Below the pieces are notes generated by a model. It was not told where the DNA came from. It did not search any database and saw nothing but the letters and a program-made list of their open reading frames with translations. 64,000 nt of DNA, from the NCBI GenBank assembly GCA_904420045.1, contig CAJFTY010000024.1, positions 524-64,523 of the forward strand, written 5' to 3'. The stretch comes from Candidatus Metaruminococcus caecorum (lineage in GTDB: Bacteria > Bacillota > Clostridia > Oscillospirales > Ruminococcaceae). Position 1 is the stretch's first letter, and each line of letters opens with the position of its first letter. Made by a program: the position numbers and the translations under genes. Shown here piece after piece: positions 1 through 14,367 of this stretch.

Positions 1-504
1 ATAGTTGATGTCGATGTACTGCTTGGCGTGCAGAACGTATTCCTCCGCGCGGGTGGCTTTGGAGGATTGGGATTCTCCCAGCAGCGAAAGCAGCTCGAAC
101 ACCTTTCCGCAGACAAAAAGCTCTTTTTGACAGCCGGACAGCTCCGCGTCTTTGATTGCTTGAAAGATCGGTTCGGCCTCGGGCAGGTCCAGGATGTAAT
201 TGTCCCGCAGTTTGGGAACGTCAAAGAAAAGCTCAAATCCCACCCAGCTATAGTACCAGGGATCGGCCGGATCGGCGCTGTAGCGCACCATCTCGTACGG
301 GTGGATCACAAAGATCTGCCCTTTTGAGGAGGGGTATCCACGCCCGCCCACCCACAAGGTACCCTGGCCGGAGAAAACATAATGCAATAAGTAATACCGC
401 CGGGAGGTAGGCCCCCGGTAAAAGTCCGGCGGACAGCGCTCTTCCCCGTATTCTGTGGGGTTTATGTCATTTAATTTTCGATCTGCAAGAACGATCATCT
501 TCAT
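1..504 (-). CDS. AraC-family transcriptional regulator, N-terminal cupin part; the 3' end of the gene (HTH domain) lies beyond the left edge
   Basis: Manual reverse translation from ATG at 504..502 gives MKMIVLADRKLNDINPTEYGEERCPPDFYRGPTSRRYYLLHYVFSGQGTLWVGGRGY...DPADPWYYSWVGF. This is paralogous to the AraC protein at 14368..15189 (YYLFHYILSGKGTF...DPWHYVWVGF). It is absent from the ORF track because it has no stop in the window. Plus-strand ORFs 28..327 and 156..410 are its antisense shadows. Confidence 0.8.
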   Translation of the reverse strand, partial: MKMIVLADRKLNDINPTEYGEERCPPDFYRGPTSRRYYLLHYVFSGQGTLWVGGRGYPSSKGQIFVIHPYEMVRYSADPADPWYYSWVGFELFFDVPKLRDNYILDLPEAEPIFQAIKDAELSGCQKELFVCGKVFELLSLLGESQSSKATRAEEYVLHAKQYIDINY

Positions 505-571
505 AAAAATCCCCCTTACGAAAAACATTATAACAGAAAAAAACGAGAATAGCAACAAAACATAACGACAA

Positions 572-591
572 ATTGTCCCACATTGTCCCAT
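572..591. promoter_or_regulatory. Tandem 10 bp direct repeat ATTGTCCCAC/ATTGTCCCAT in the divergent AraC / beta-galactosidase intergenic region; candidate AraC-type operator abutting a weak -35
   Basis: The repeat is read directly from the sequence. A TATAAT lies at 614..619 with only a poor -35 (TGGCTT, 591..596), as expected for an activator-dependent promoter. A related TTGTCCC motif occurs at 15222..15228, downstream of the second AraC gene. Confidence 0.45.
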
Positions 592-647
592 GGCTTCTTC
601 CATTTTTTAGGACTATAATAAAAACATCAATTGGTTAAATCCAATAA

Positions 648-6104
<5,457 letters not shown>

Positions 6105-6132
6105 TTCCAAGCATTCACAACGTATGATGTAG

Positions 6133-6176
6133 AAAAAACCTCCCCGGTGAACCAAGGCTTCACCGGGGAGGTTTTG
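6133..6176 (+). terminator. Rho-independent terminator after the beta-galactosidase gene
   Basis: A 12 bp stem CCTCCCCGGTGA / TCACCGGGGAGG (6139..6171) is followed by TTTT. Confidence 0.85.
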
Positions 6177-6438
6177 CGCTCTACGGGAAAACAGCGTGCA
6201 AAAAAATGTTGGGGACATTCCATTTTCTCTTCATTTGTGGTAGAATAAACTGCAAAGCAGCTATTCTACTTACAGAAGGCCATGGCGATTTTACCATTTC
6301 GCTTCATGGCAGAATAGCTACAAATAGCGATTTTACCTGCGGATCGCCCCGGTAGAATAAAAACTTTGTTTGAAACAAGTCTACGGTGGACAGTCCCGGC
6401 ACAGGGGAAGCCCCTTGGGGAAAGGAAGAAGATTGAAC

Positions 6439-7254
6439 ATGCAGCAGTTTATGGACGTACATACCCACAGCTCCTATTCGTTTGACGGTGTGGACTCCCC
6501 GGGGGCAATGGCAGACCGGGTACAGGAACTGGGCCTGGCAGTGTGGGCCCTCACCGACCACTGCGAGGCCAACGACCCCGACTCCGCCGGCTGCAAAACC
6601 GCCTGCACAGGCTCTTACGATGCAATACAGGAGCTCAGGGCATCGGGCAGATGCAGGGGCGTGGAGCTTTTGGCTGGAATCGAACTGGGGCAGATCATGC
6701 AGAATCAGGCGTTTGCGCTGGAGTGCCTGAAGGCACGGGAATACGATTTTGTCATCGGCTCGCTGCACAACAGCGCGGGACGCAAGGACTTTTATTACAT
6801 GAACGCTCAGGAGGCCCGCACGGATACGGCGCTGCTGGTAGAGGAATATTACCAGGAGATGCTCCAGATGGTGCGGTTGAATCAGTTGGACGTTTTAGGG
6901 CATTTGACCTATCCGCTGCGGTATGTGGTGGGGGAATACAAGATTCCCTTTGACATGGCTCCCTACGGGGATCTAATTGACGAGATCTTTAAAACCCTGA
7001 TCCAAAACGGCAAGGGGATCGAGATCAACACCTCCGGGCTGCGGCAAAAGCTGGGGCTCACCCTTCCCCACAAGCCCTACCTGCTCCGTTATCGGGAGCT
7101 GGGGGGCGAGCTGATTACCGTAGGCTCCGACGCCCACTGCGTTCAGGATCTGGGCAAGGGCGTCGGGGACGCGTATGAGCTTTTGCGGGAATGCGGGTTT
7201 TCGTACGTGCACTATTTTAAATCCCGTAAACCGGTAGCAATTAAAATCCGGTAA
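6439..7254 (+). CDS. PHP-domain histidinol-phosphatase (HisJ/HisK family)
   Basis: N-terminus MQQFMDVHTHSSYSFDG is the PHP metal-binding motif, with later TDHCE, GSLH and GSDAH motifs. I chose the internal ATG at 6439 (RBS AAAGGAAG) rather than the track start at 6370. Confidence 0.8.
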   Translation: MQQFMDVHTHSSYSFDGVDSPGAMADRVQELGLAVWALTDHCEANDPDSAGCKTACTGSYDAIQELRASGRCRGVELLAGIELGQIMQNQAFALECLKAREYDFVIGSLHNSAGRKDFYYMNAQEARTDTALLVEEYYQEMLQMVRLNQLDVLGHLTYPLRYVVGEYKIPFDMAPYGDLIDEIFKTLIQNGKGIEINTSGLRQKLGLTLPHKPYLLRYRELGGELITVGSDAHCVQDLGKGVGDAYELLRECGFSYVHYFKSRKPVAIKIR

Positions 7255-7382
7255 AGAAATGGGGAAAACGGTTGCAAACCCGGAAAACCCTGCTATAATA
7301 TAGTACAATTCCTGTGAAGGATTGTAGATAAACATCCACTGGGAAAGGGCGCGGAGGTTAACGTGCCTGGCACAGGAAAGGA

Positions 7383-7877
7383 ATGAAGAGTATTATGGAT
7401 AAGCTGCTGAAACTCCTACAGGAAAACGCCCGCTTTTCCAACGAGCGTCTGGCCGCCATGCTGGGAATCACCGAGCAGGAAGTGGCGGATAAAATTGAGG
7501 AGTACGAAAAAAAAGGGATCATCAAGGGCTATCAGGTCCTGCTCAATTACGACAAAATCCAGCCGGAGCAGGTGACCGCTCTGATCGAACTGAAGGTGAC
7601 CCCCAAACGGAACCTGGGGTTTGAGGAGATTGCCCGCACCATCATGATGTATGAGGAAGTGGAAAGCGTTTACCTGATGTCCGGCGGGTATGACCTGTCG
7701 GTGCGGGTAACCGCCAAGGATTTTAAGGATGTGGCGCTGTTTGTCTCCCACAGGCTGGCCATTCTGGACTCGGTGCTCAGCACCGCCACCCACTTTATCC
7801 TGTCAAGATATAAGGAAAACGGGGTCATCCTGTACGACGAGCCTGTGGATGAAAGAAGAGGAGTGGCGTTTCTGTGA
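7383..7877 (+). CDS. Lrp/AsnC-family transcriptional regulator
   Basis: N-terminal HTH (LLKLLQENARFSNERLAAMLGITEQEVADKIEEYEKKGIIKGY) plus an AsnC-type ligand domain. It overlaps the next gene by 4 nt. Confidence 0.88.
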   Translation: MKSIMDKLLKLLQENARFSNERLAAMLGITEQEVADKIEEYEKKGIIKGYQVLLNYDKIQPEQVTALIELKVTPKRNLGFEEIARTIMMYEEVESVYLMSGGYDLSVRVTAKDFKDVALFVSHRLAILDSVLSTATHFILSRYKENGVILYDEPVDERRGVAFL

Positions 7878-9046
7878 TCGAAATGGATTATGATGGAGTC
7901 TTGTCGGAAAAGGTGCGGGGCATCAAGCCCAGCGGAATCCGCCGCTACTTCGCCATCGCCGAGGAAATGGAGGACGTGATCTCCCTGGGAGTGGGCGAGC
8001 CGGATTTTAAAACCCCCTGGGTGATCCGCAAGGCGGGGATGGACTCCCTGGCCAAGGGGAAAACCCAATATTCGGCCAATGCCGGCCTGTCTATGCTGCG
8101 GTCGGAGATTGTCCGGTATCTGGACCGGCGGTTTAATCTGGTCTATCACCCGGAAAACGAGGTGCTGGTTACGGTGGGCGGCAGCGAGGCCATCGACATG
8201 TGCATCCGCTCGGTGGTGGACGACGGGGACGAGGTTTTGATTCCCGAGCCCTGTTTTGTGTGCTACGACCCCATTGTGACGTTAAGCGGCGGTAAATCGG
8301 TGCCGATCCCCACCCGGGCGGAGGACAGTTTCCGCCTGACGGCGCAGGAGCTCCGGGATAAGATCACCGACCGCACCAAGCTTTTGATCCTGCCGTTCCC
8401 CAACAATCCCACCGGGGCGGTGATGCGCCGGGAGGATCTGGAAGCCATTGCCCAGGTGCTGCGGGAAACCAATATTCTGGTTCTGTCGGACGAGATTTAC
8501 GCGGAGCTCACCTACAACGGCCGGCATGTGTCCATCGCGTCGATCCCCGGCATGCGGGAGCGCACCGTGGTAATCAACGGATTTTCCAAGGCGTATGCCA
8601 TGACTGGCTGGCGGCTGGGCTTTGCGGCGGGGCCAGAGCCGGTGATCCGTCAGATGACCAAGGTTCACCAGTATGCCATCATGTGCGCCCCCACTACCAG
8701 CCAGTACGCGGCAGTGGAGGCTTTAAAAAACTGCGACGACGCCATCCAGATGATGGTGGACGAGTACAACATCCGCCGCCGCATGCTGGTGGATGGGTTC
8801 CGCCGGATGGGGCTTGACTGTTTTGAACCCGAGGGCGCCTTTTACGTGTTCCCCTCGATCCAGAGCACGGGTCTTTCTTCGGAGGAGTTCTGCGAGAAGC
8901 TTTTGCACGCCCAGCGGGTGGCGCTGATCCCCGGCACGGCGTTCGGCGCCAGCGGAGAAGGGCATGTGCGGGTCTCTTATGCGTATTCCCTCAACCACCT
9001 GGCGGAGGCGTTAAAGCGGATCGAGCGGTTTTTACATAGTCTATAA
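7874..9046 (+). CDS. Class I/II pyridoxal-phosphate-dependent aminotransferase (aspartate/aromatic type)
   Basis: PLP-lysine motif GFSKAYAMTGWRLGF and the PNNPTG motif are present. Length is 390 aa. It forms a typical Lrp-aminotransferase pair. Confidence 0.9.
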   Translation: MIEMDYDGVLSEKVRGIKPSGIRRYFAIAEEMEDVISLGVGEPDFKTPWVIRKAGMDSLAKGKTQYSANAGLSMLRSEIVRYLDRRFNLVYHPENEVLVTVGGSEAIDMCIRSVVDDGDEVLIPEPCFVCYDPIVTLSGGKSVPIPTRAEDSFRLTAQELRDKITDRTKLLILPFPNNPTGAVMRREDLEAIAQVLRETNILVLSDEIYAELTYNGRHVSIASIPGMRERTVVINGFSKAYAMTGWRLGFAAGPEPVIRQMTKVHQYAIMCAPTTSQYAAVEALKNCDDAIQMMVDEYNIRRRMLVDGFRRMGLDCFEPEGAFYVFPSIQSTGLSSEEFCEKLLHAQRVALIPGTAFGASGEGHVRVSYAYSLNHLAEALKRIERFLHSL

Positions 9047-9200
9047 ACGGCCTGGAAGGGATCCCGTGTTCCTGTGGCGTGCAAACTGTTCAAAAACCGT
9101 CTATGGACTTTCAAGTCTGTTTATGCGAAAATCGTGTATATAGGCATGTGGGTTTCCGCTCGGCGGAGTTCGTAAAGGAAAGAAGGAGTGTGGTTTTTCT

Positions 9201-10085
9201 TTGGACAGGTTAACCGTAAAGGCACCTGCAAAACTCAACCTGTCGCTGGACGTGTGCGGCGTCCGGGAGGACGGTTATCATATTTTAAAAATGATTATGC
9301 AGACCATTGATCTGTGCGATTATGTCACGGTTGCAACCAATCAGAAGGGGAGCATTACCATCCGGTGTGACCGCGCCGATGTTCCTCTGGACAACCAAAA
9401 CATCGCCTACCGCTGTGCGGCGGCGTTTTTTGAGGAAACCCAAATCCTCAACTGCGGCGTGGAGATCGACATTCAAAAGCACATCCCCTCCCAGGCGGGC
9501 TTAGGGGGTGGCAGCGCGGATGGCGCGGCTACGTTGGTGGCGCTCAACGAGCTGTTTGACGCGGGGCTTTCCAAAGAGGAGCTGTGCGACATCGGGGTGG
9601 CCTGCGGCGCGGACATCCCCTTCTGCATCATGGGAGGAACCATGCTGGCGGAGGGCGTAGGGGATATCTTTACCCCCCTGCCCAGCCTGCCGGAGGACTG
9701 CTGGTTTGTGGTGGCAAAGCCGGGAGTCGGCATCAGCACCGCCGAAGCTTATCGGGCGTACGATCAGAAGGGAGCCCGGCACCGGCCGGACCACGATCAG
9801 CTGGTAGCGGAAATTGTCTCGGGCAATCTGGAGCAGCTGGGCCAGTCCATGCACAACGTACTGGAAGAAGCGGTACGCGCAGATTTCGTCCAGCCTCTCA
9901 AGCAGGCGATGGACGCGGCTGGTGCACTGGGCAGCATGATGACCGGAAGCGGCTCGGCAGTGTTCGGGCTGTTTGACAATAAGCGCAAAGCATCCCGCTG
10001 TGAAAACCAGTTGGAGGACTGTGCCGATCAGGTGTTTTTGTGTCAGCCGCTGGAGCACGGCGCGGTGATCTGCAAAGAAAATTGA
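9201..10085 (+). CDS. ispE: 4-diphosphocytidyl-2-C-methyl-D-erythritol kinase
   Basis: N-terminus KAPAKLNLSLDV and GHMP-kinase motif PSQAGLGGGSADGAA. The start is TTG, preceded by GAAGGAG. Confidence 0.9.
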   Translation: MDRLTVKAPAKLNLSLDVCGVREDGYHILKMIMQTIDLCDYVTVATNQKGSITIRCDRADVPLDNQNIAYRCAAAFFEETQILNCGVEIDIQKHIPSQAGLGGGSADGAATLVALNELFDAGLSKEELCDIGVACGADIPFCIMGGTMLAEGVGDIFTPLPSLPEDCWFVVAKPGVGISTAEAYRAYDQKGARHRPDHDQLVAEIVSGNLEQLGQSMHNVLEEAVRADFVQPLKQAMDAAGALGSMMTGSGSAVFGLFDNKRKASRCENQLEDCADQVFLCQPLEHGAVICKEN

Positions 10086-10109
10086 ATTCATTTGAATAAA
10101 GGAAAAAAC

Positions 10110-10156
10110 TTCCGTCCACACTAAGGCCAACAAGCTTTGGAAGGACGGAATTTTTT
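10110..10156 (+). terminator. Possible terminator of ispE ending immediately before the spoIIR start
   Basis: Outer stem TTCCGTCC / GGACGGAA with an inner CCAA/TTGG stem, followed by TTTTTT (10151..10156). The loop is long, so confidence is modest. Confidence 0.4.
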
Positions 10157-10765
10157 ATGAGCAGGATTCGCAAACTGGAAATTGCTCTGGTGATCGGACT
10201 GATTGTATCCATCGTATTTTGCAGCGTGGGAAGCTTTGCGTCCACCTGTGAGGGAATTCGGGAAAACGTGCTGCGCCTGCATATTTTGGCGAACTCCGAT
10301 TCCAAGGAGGACCAGGCGTTAAAGCTCAAGGTGCGGGACCGCATCCTTCAGGAAACAGGGGACCTGTTCTACGCCGAGACCAAACAGGGAGCAGAGCAAA
10401 AAGTGAGCGCACAGCTGGACCGTGTCCAGCATATCGCCGAAGACGAGATCAAACGCCAAGGCTATGAATATCCTGTGCAGGTGGAGCTGACCAACATGTT
10501 TTTTGATACCCGCCAGTATGGAGAGATCACGATGCCGGCTGGCCGGTACGACGCGATGCGGGTCACCATCGGAACCGCTCAGGGAAAAAATTGGTGGTGC
10601 GTGCTGTATCCTCCTTTGTGCCTGCCCGCCGCTGAGCCAGAACAGGAGCTCAGCCAGGCGCTCACCGACGAACAGGTGGATCTGGTGGAGAAAAATCCCA
10701 AGTATGAAGTTCGCTTTGCCATTGTAGAGCTTTGGGAAACGCTCAAAGAAAAACTGTTTGGATAA
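10157..10765 (+). CDS. spoIIR: Stage II sporulation protein R
   Basis: N-terminal TM segment followed by the signature LRLHILANSDSKEDQALKLKVRDRIL and WWCVLYPPLC. Confidence 0.9.
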   Translation: MSRIRKLEIALVIGLIVSIVFCSVGSFASTCEGIRENVLRLHILANSDSKEDQALKLKVRDRILQETGDLFYAETKQGAEQKVSAQLDRVQHIAEDEIKRQGYEYPVQVELTNMFFDTRQYGEITMPAGRYDAMRVTIGTAQGKNWWCVLYPPLCLPAAEPEQELSQALTDEQVDLVEKNPKYEVRFAIVELWETLKEKLFG

Positions 10766-10902
10766 ATCTTTGATCAATCTCTACATCCGGTTTGGAAACT
10801 GTATTTTTGTGATATTAAAACAGAATAATACGAATTGTAAATAAAAGCGAATGAAACAGCTGAAAAAATCCGGAGAAGTTCACTTTAAAGCCGCTTTCCC
10901 TC

Positions 10903-10931
10903 TTGACAAGAGGGAAAGCATGTGCTATTAT
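10903..10931 (+). promoter_or_regulatory. Sigma-A-type promoter for tRNA-fMet
   Basis: TTGACA (10903..10908), a 17 nt spacer, then TATTAT (10926..10931), about 25 nt upstream of the tRNA 5' end. Confidence 0.7.
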
Positions 10932-10957
10932 AAATAAGCTCTCTTGTGAGAGGATAT

Positions 10958-11034
<77 letters not shown>

Positions 11035-11038
11035 TCAA

Positions 11039-11075
11039 AAAAGCCTGAACGCAAATCTGCGTTCAGGCTTTTTCC
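11039..11075 (+). terminator. Rho-independent terminator after the tRNA
   Basis: A 13 bp stem AAGCCTGAACGCA / TGCGTTCAGGCTT with loop AATC, followed by a T-run. Confidence 0.85.
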
Positions 11076-11205
11076 ATGCAGATATGGATGATCCAAGGCA
11101 GCCGGAATGGAGAGATTGTATGAACGAACAAAACGTCAAAGACTTTGTTTATTATGGTGCGGAAAAATATTCATCCATTGAGTTGCTCCGGCAAATGGTT
11201 CCGTT

Positions 11206-11916
11206 TTGCTATTTGTATTTGCCTTTTTTTGCGTGGGTGCAAGCATTGTGGGAAATGTATTTGCATTTGGAATCGTTGGAACAGCAGTCACATTGTGTTA
11301 TACGTTTTTTATATACACATTTCACTTATGGTGCCCTAAGCCATCGTTTTCCTGCCGTTTTGCGACCAATGCGCTGGGCGTGATTACACTCACGGTTCAG
11401 TTGCAATTGTTTGTATATACCATTTTATATACGGGAAATTATTTTAATTTTTTGGATATCATTCTTCTGATTGGCTTACAGATTTTAACGGCGGTTACGT
11501 ATGCTCTGATTACCATAAAAAGAATTAAAAATGGAAAATTTTTTGGCAAAAAGGGAAATGGCTCTGCTGTTTGTACGGCAACAATTGCGGGGGCAGCTTC
11601 TTTGGGGTATTCTTTTTTAAGAATACTGTTTAAGAATATGGATAAGAATATCGCCATGTGGATAGCCGTTTTTATATTTACAATGCTTTTTATGTTTTTG
11701 GCTATCCTTGCCACGTTTCATATGCTTAAAGTCTATTATGCAAAAAAGTATCAAATTACCTGCGGCGAAGACGGAGAAAGCATTTCGCAGATGCTGGTCC
11801 TTCCTCCCAAAAAGAAAATGAGCCTGGCGAAAAGAGTTTTAAAAGCAGTGCGGTGGGGATTGCTTATTCTTGTGCTTATTGCCATATTGTACGGTATGTA
11901 TCAAGCAAGCCGATAA
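11206..11916 (+). CDS. Hypothetical polytopic membrane protein in an AT-rich islet
   Basis: Multiple hydrophobic segments (FAFFCVGASIVGNVFAFGIVG, ILLIGLQILTAVTYALITI, IAMWIAVFIFTMLFMFLAILA, LLILVLIAILYG). GC content is much lower than the flanks. The start is uncertain (TTG at 11206), and an upstream ORF in another frame (11084..11383) may be its frameshifted N-terminus. Confidence 0.55.
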   Translation: MLFVFAFFCVGASIVGNVFAFGIVGTAVTLCYTFFIYTFHLWCPKPSFSCRFATNALGVITLTVQLQLFVYTILYTGNYFNFLDIILLIGLQILTAVTYALITIKRIKNGKFFGKKGNGSAVCTATIAGAASLGYSFLRILFKNMDKNIAMWIAVFIFTMLFMFLAILATFHMLKVYYAKKYQITCGEDGESISQMLVLPPKKKMSLAKRVLKAVRWGLLILVLIAILYGMYQASR

Positions 11917-12073
11917 GCAGCACAGCGCCGGAAAAGCACATGTACAGTAAACAAAGGAAACTCTTTGAGGCGATGTATAATAAGGATAGCAAACTTCTGA
12001 TTGCCTTTGTAATTGAGTCCCATCCTGCTTGTTATTGGGATATAATTCATAAAATAAGCTAGCTGCCCAAAAT

Positions 12074-12102
12074 TTGACAGACCAGACTCCCGGATGTATG
12101 AT
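12074..12102 (+). promoter_or_regulatory. Sigma-A-type promoter upstream of the ribosomal-protection-like GTPase
   Basis: TTGACA (12074..12079), a 17 nt spacer, then TATGAT (12097..12102). This leaves a leader of about 100 nt before the ATG at 12212. Confidence 0.6.
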
Positions 12103-12211
12103 GAAAAATAACTGCGGTGCGGCTGATGAACCGCGTATTCGGAATGTCCGGCTTGGTAAGCCGAGTAGCCGGATGAAGTCAAAAAGCTTGTGAACAGGCA
12201 GGTAAGATCGT

Positions 12212-14155
12212 ATGCGCACAGGAACAATGAATCTTGGAATTTTAGCTCATGTGGACGCGGGGAAAACCTCTGTGACCGAACAGCTTTTGTTTTTGAGCGG
12301 GAGCATCCGCCGGGCGGGGAGCGTGGACAGTGGAACCGCCCACACCGACTGGCTGGAGGTGGAGCGCCGGCGGGGGATTTCGGTGAAATCCGCGTCTTCG
12401 GTGTTACAGTACCAGGGGCTGGACATCAATTTGATCGACACCCCCGGCCATGTGGATTTTATCGGCGAGGTGGAGCGCTGCCTTGGAGTGCTGGACGGCG
12501 CAGTGCTGGTGATCTCCGGTGCGGAGGGGGTGCAGTCCCAGACCCGTCTGCTTTGGCGGGCGCTGGAGCAGCTGAGAGTCCCCACCCTGATTCTGGTCAA
12601 TAAGGTAGACCGGGTGGGTTGCCAGCCTCAAGAAGTGCTGGATCAGATCCGGCAGGAGCTCACCGGGCGGCTGTTTGTCACCCAGGAGGTGTTCTCCCCC
12701 GGAAGCGAGGACTGCCGGGTAGCCGCACCAAGCGGATACTGGGAAACCGCCCTGGAGGCCGCTGCGGAGTACGACGACCAGATGGCTCAGGCGTTTTTGG
12801 AAGAAACCGCAGTGGATCGGGAAACGCTGCTAAACTCCTTGCGGGCGGGGGTGGCGGCCAGGGAGCTGTTTCCGGTGCTGTTCGCCTCCGCCAAGATGGG
12901 GGTGGGGATGAAAGAGCTGTTGGACGGGATCGTAGAGTTTTTACCTCAGGCCCCTCAACAGGACGAAGCGCCCCTTTCCGGTGTGGTCTACAAGGTGGAG
13001 CACGACCCGGTGATGGGAAAGGCCGCTCATCTGCGGCTGTTTTCCGGCTGTATCAAAAACCGGGACAGCCTTACGGTGCTGGGATCGGAGCAGGCCCAGA
13101 AAATCACCCAGATCCGCCGGCTGAACGGGCAGAAGGCCGTGGACATCGGAGAAATTCACAGCGGGGAAATCGGCGCGGTGTACGGGCTGTCGAGCATCAA
13201 AACCGGCGATGTAATCGGACAGGCTCCCGACCGCCCGGTCTGCAAGCTGGCGGTTCCGCTTTTGCAGGTGCAGGCATATCCCGCCGCGGAGGACGAGCTC
13301 CCCGCGCTGACGGCGGCTTTGCAGGAGCTGTCAGAAGAAGATCCCCTGCTGAACCTGGAGTGGACGCCGGAAAGCCGGGAACTGCACCTGCGGATCACCG
13401 GCATGATCCAGCTGGAGATATTAACCGAGCTGATCCAGGAGCGGTACCGGCTGGCGGTGCGCTTTTCCGCTCCCACGGTGATTTATAAGGAAACGCCTTC
13501 CTCCCCGGCGGAAGGGCTGGAGGTGTACACCATGCCCAAGCCCTGCTGGGCGGTGGTCAAGCTGCTGGTGGAGCCGCTTCCCCGGGGGAGCGGGATTCAG
13601 TACGAGTCGGCGATCAAGGAAAAACAGCTTCCCTACCGGTACCAGAATCATGTTCGCACAAGCCTGTTTGATTCGATTAAGCAGGGCCCTCTTGGGTGGG
13701 AGGTCACCGACGCCAAATTCACCCTGGTGGACGGGGAACACCACCATGTCCACACCCATCCGCTGGACTTTTTTGTGGCGACGCCGGTGGCGGTGCAGCG
13801 GGCTCTGGTCAACAGCGGCACCATTCTGTTGGAGCCCATGACCAAAGTGACGCTTTCGGCTGGAGAGGAGTTTTTGGGCCGGGTGATCCGGGATGTGATG
13901 AACATGCGGGGAACCTTCGACACCCCGCTGATCCGTCAGGGACAGTTTACGCTGGAAGCTGTTTTGCCGGTGGCAACCTCTTTGGACTACCCCATTGATT
14001 TTCGCTCCATGACCTCCGGAAAGGGAACCTACGCCTCGGAGTTCTGCGGCTATCAGGAGTGCCCGCTGGAGCTTGGGAAAACTGCGCCCCGCCGGGGCGT
14101 GGACCCGCTGGACCGTTCCAAATGGATTCTGTACGCCAGAAGTGCGATGCAGTGA
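12212..14155 (+). CDS. Tet(M)/Tet(O)/Tet(W)-family ribosomal-protection-like translational GTPase (EF-G paralogue)
   Basis: NLGILAHVDAGKTSVTEQLL...DTPGHVDFIGEVERCLGVLDGAVLVISGAEGVQSQTRLL...LVNKVDR aligns by eye with the Tet(M)/(W) N-terminus (IGILAHVDAGKTTLTESLL...DTPGHMDF...NKID). At 647 aa it is close to the roughly 640 aa of RPPs rather than the roughly 690 aa of EF-G. The resistance phenotype is not inferable from sequence. Confidence 0.8.
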   Translation: MRTGTMNLGILAHVDAGKTSVTEQLLFLSGSIRRAGSVDSGTAHTDWLEVERRRGISVKSASSVLQYQGLDINLIDTPGHVDFIGEVERCLGVLDGAVLVISGAEGVQSQTRLLWRALEQLRVPTLILVNKVDRVGCQPQEVLDQIRQELTGRLFVTQEVFSPGSEDCRVAAPSGYWETALEAAAEYDDQMAQAFLEETAVDRETLLNSLRAGVAARELFPVLFASAKMGVGMKELLDGIVEFLPQAPQQDEAPLSGVVYKVEHDPVMGKAAHLRLFSGCIKNRDSLTVLGSEQAQKITQIRRLNGQKAVDIGEIHSGEIGAVYGLSSIKTGDVIGQAPDRPVCKLAVPLLQVQAYPAAEDELPALTAALQELSEEDPLLNLEWTPESRELHLRITGMIQLEILTELIQERYRLAVRFSAPTVIYKETPSSPAEGLEVYTMPKPCWAVVKLLVEPLPRGSGIQYESAIKEKQLPYRYQNHVRTSLFDSIKQGPLGWEVTDAKFTLVDGEHHHVHTHPLDFFVATPVAVQRALVNSGTILLEPMTKVTLSAGEEFLGRVIRDVMNMRGTFDTPLIRQGQFTLEAVLPVATSLDYPIDFRSMTSGKGTYASEFCGYQECPLELGKTAPRRGVDPLDRSKWILYARSAMQ

Positions 14156-14179
14156 CCTGTGAAAAGATAGAACCGATTT

Positions 14180-14217
14180 GTCCCTATACCGTCCATAGAC
14201 GGTATAGGGACTTTTTA
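14180..14217 (+). terminator. Rho-independent terminator
   Basis: A 14 bp stem GTCCCTATACCGTC / GACGGTATAGGGAC with loop CATA, followed by TTTTT. Confidence 0.9.
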
Positions 14218-14367
14218 TCGTCTGTGGGTTGAATTCTGTTTGACAGTTGTGACAAATCAGAAAGGGGGAAACTGTCATCTTTTCTAAAATCCGTTCCAGC
14301 CGTTTACTTTTTGTATCCGGAATGATACTTTAATAGTAAAATAGAGCGGCGCTAGCTTTGGAAAGGA

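Noticed and set aside
6185-6365. A T-box leader for the histidinol-phosphatase gene
   Set aside because: There is no AGAGA/GNUGNA stem I features and no conserved T-box sequence (AANNNGGGUGGNACCGCG). It is reported only as an unexplained structured leader.
11035-12211. An integrative element inserted at tRNA-fMet
   Set aside because: There is no integrase or recombinase and no direct repeat of the tRNA 3' end downstream. Only compositional evidence exists, so it is kept as a low-confidence islet.
12212-14155. Tn916/conjugative-transposon-borne tet(M)
   Set aside because: GC content and codon usage match the host. No conjugation, excision or orf12-type genes flank it. Identity to Tet(M)/(W), judged by eye, is only moderate.
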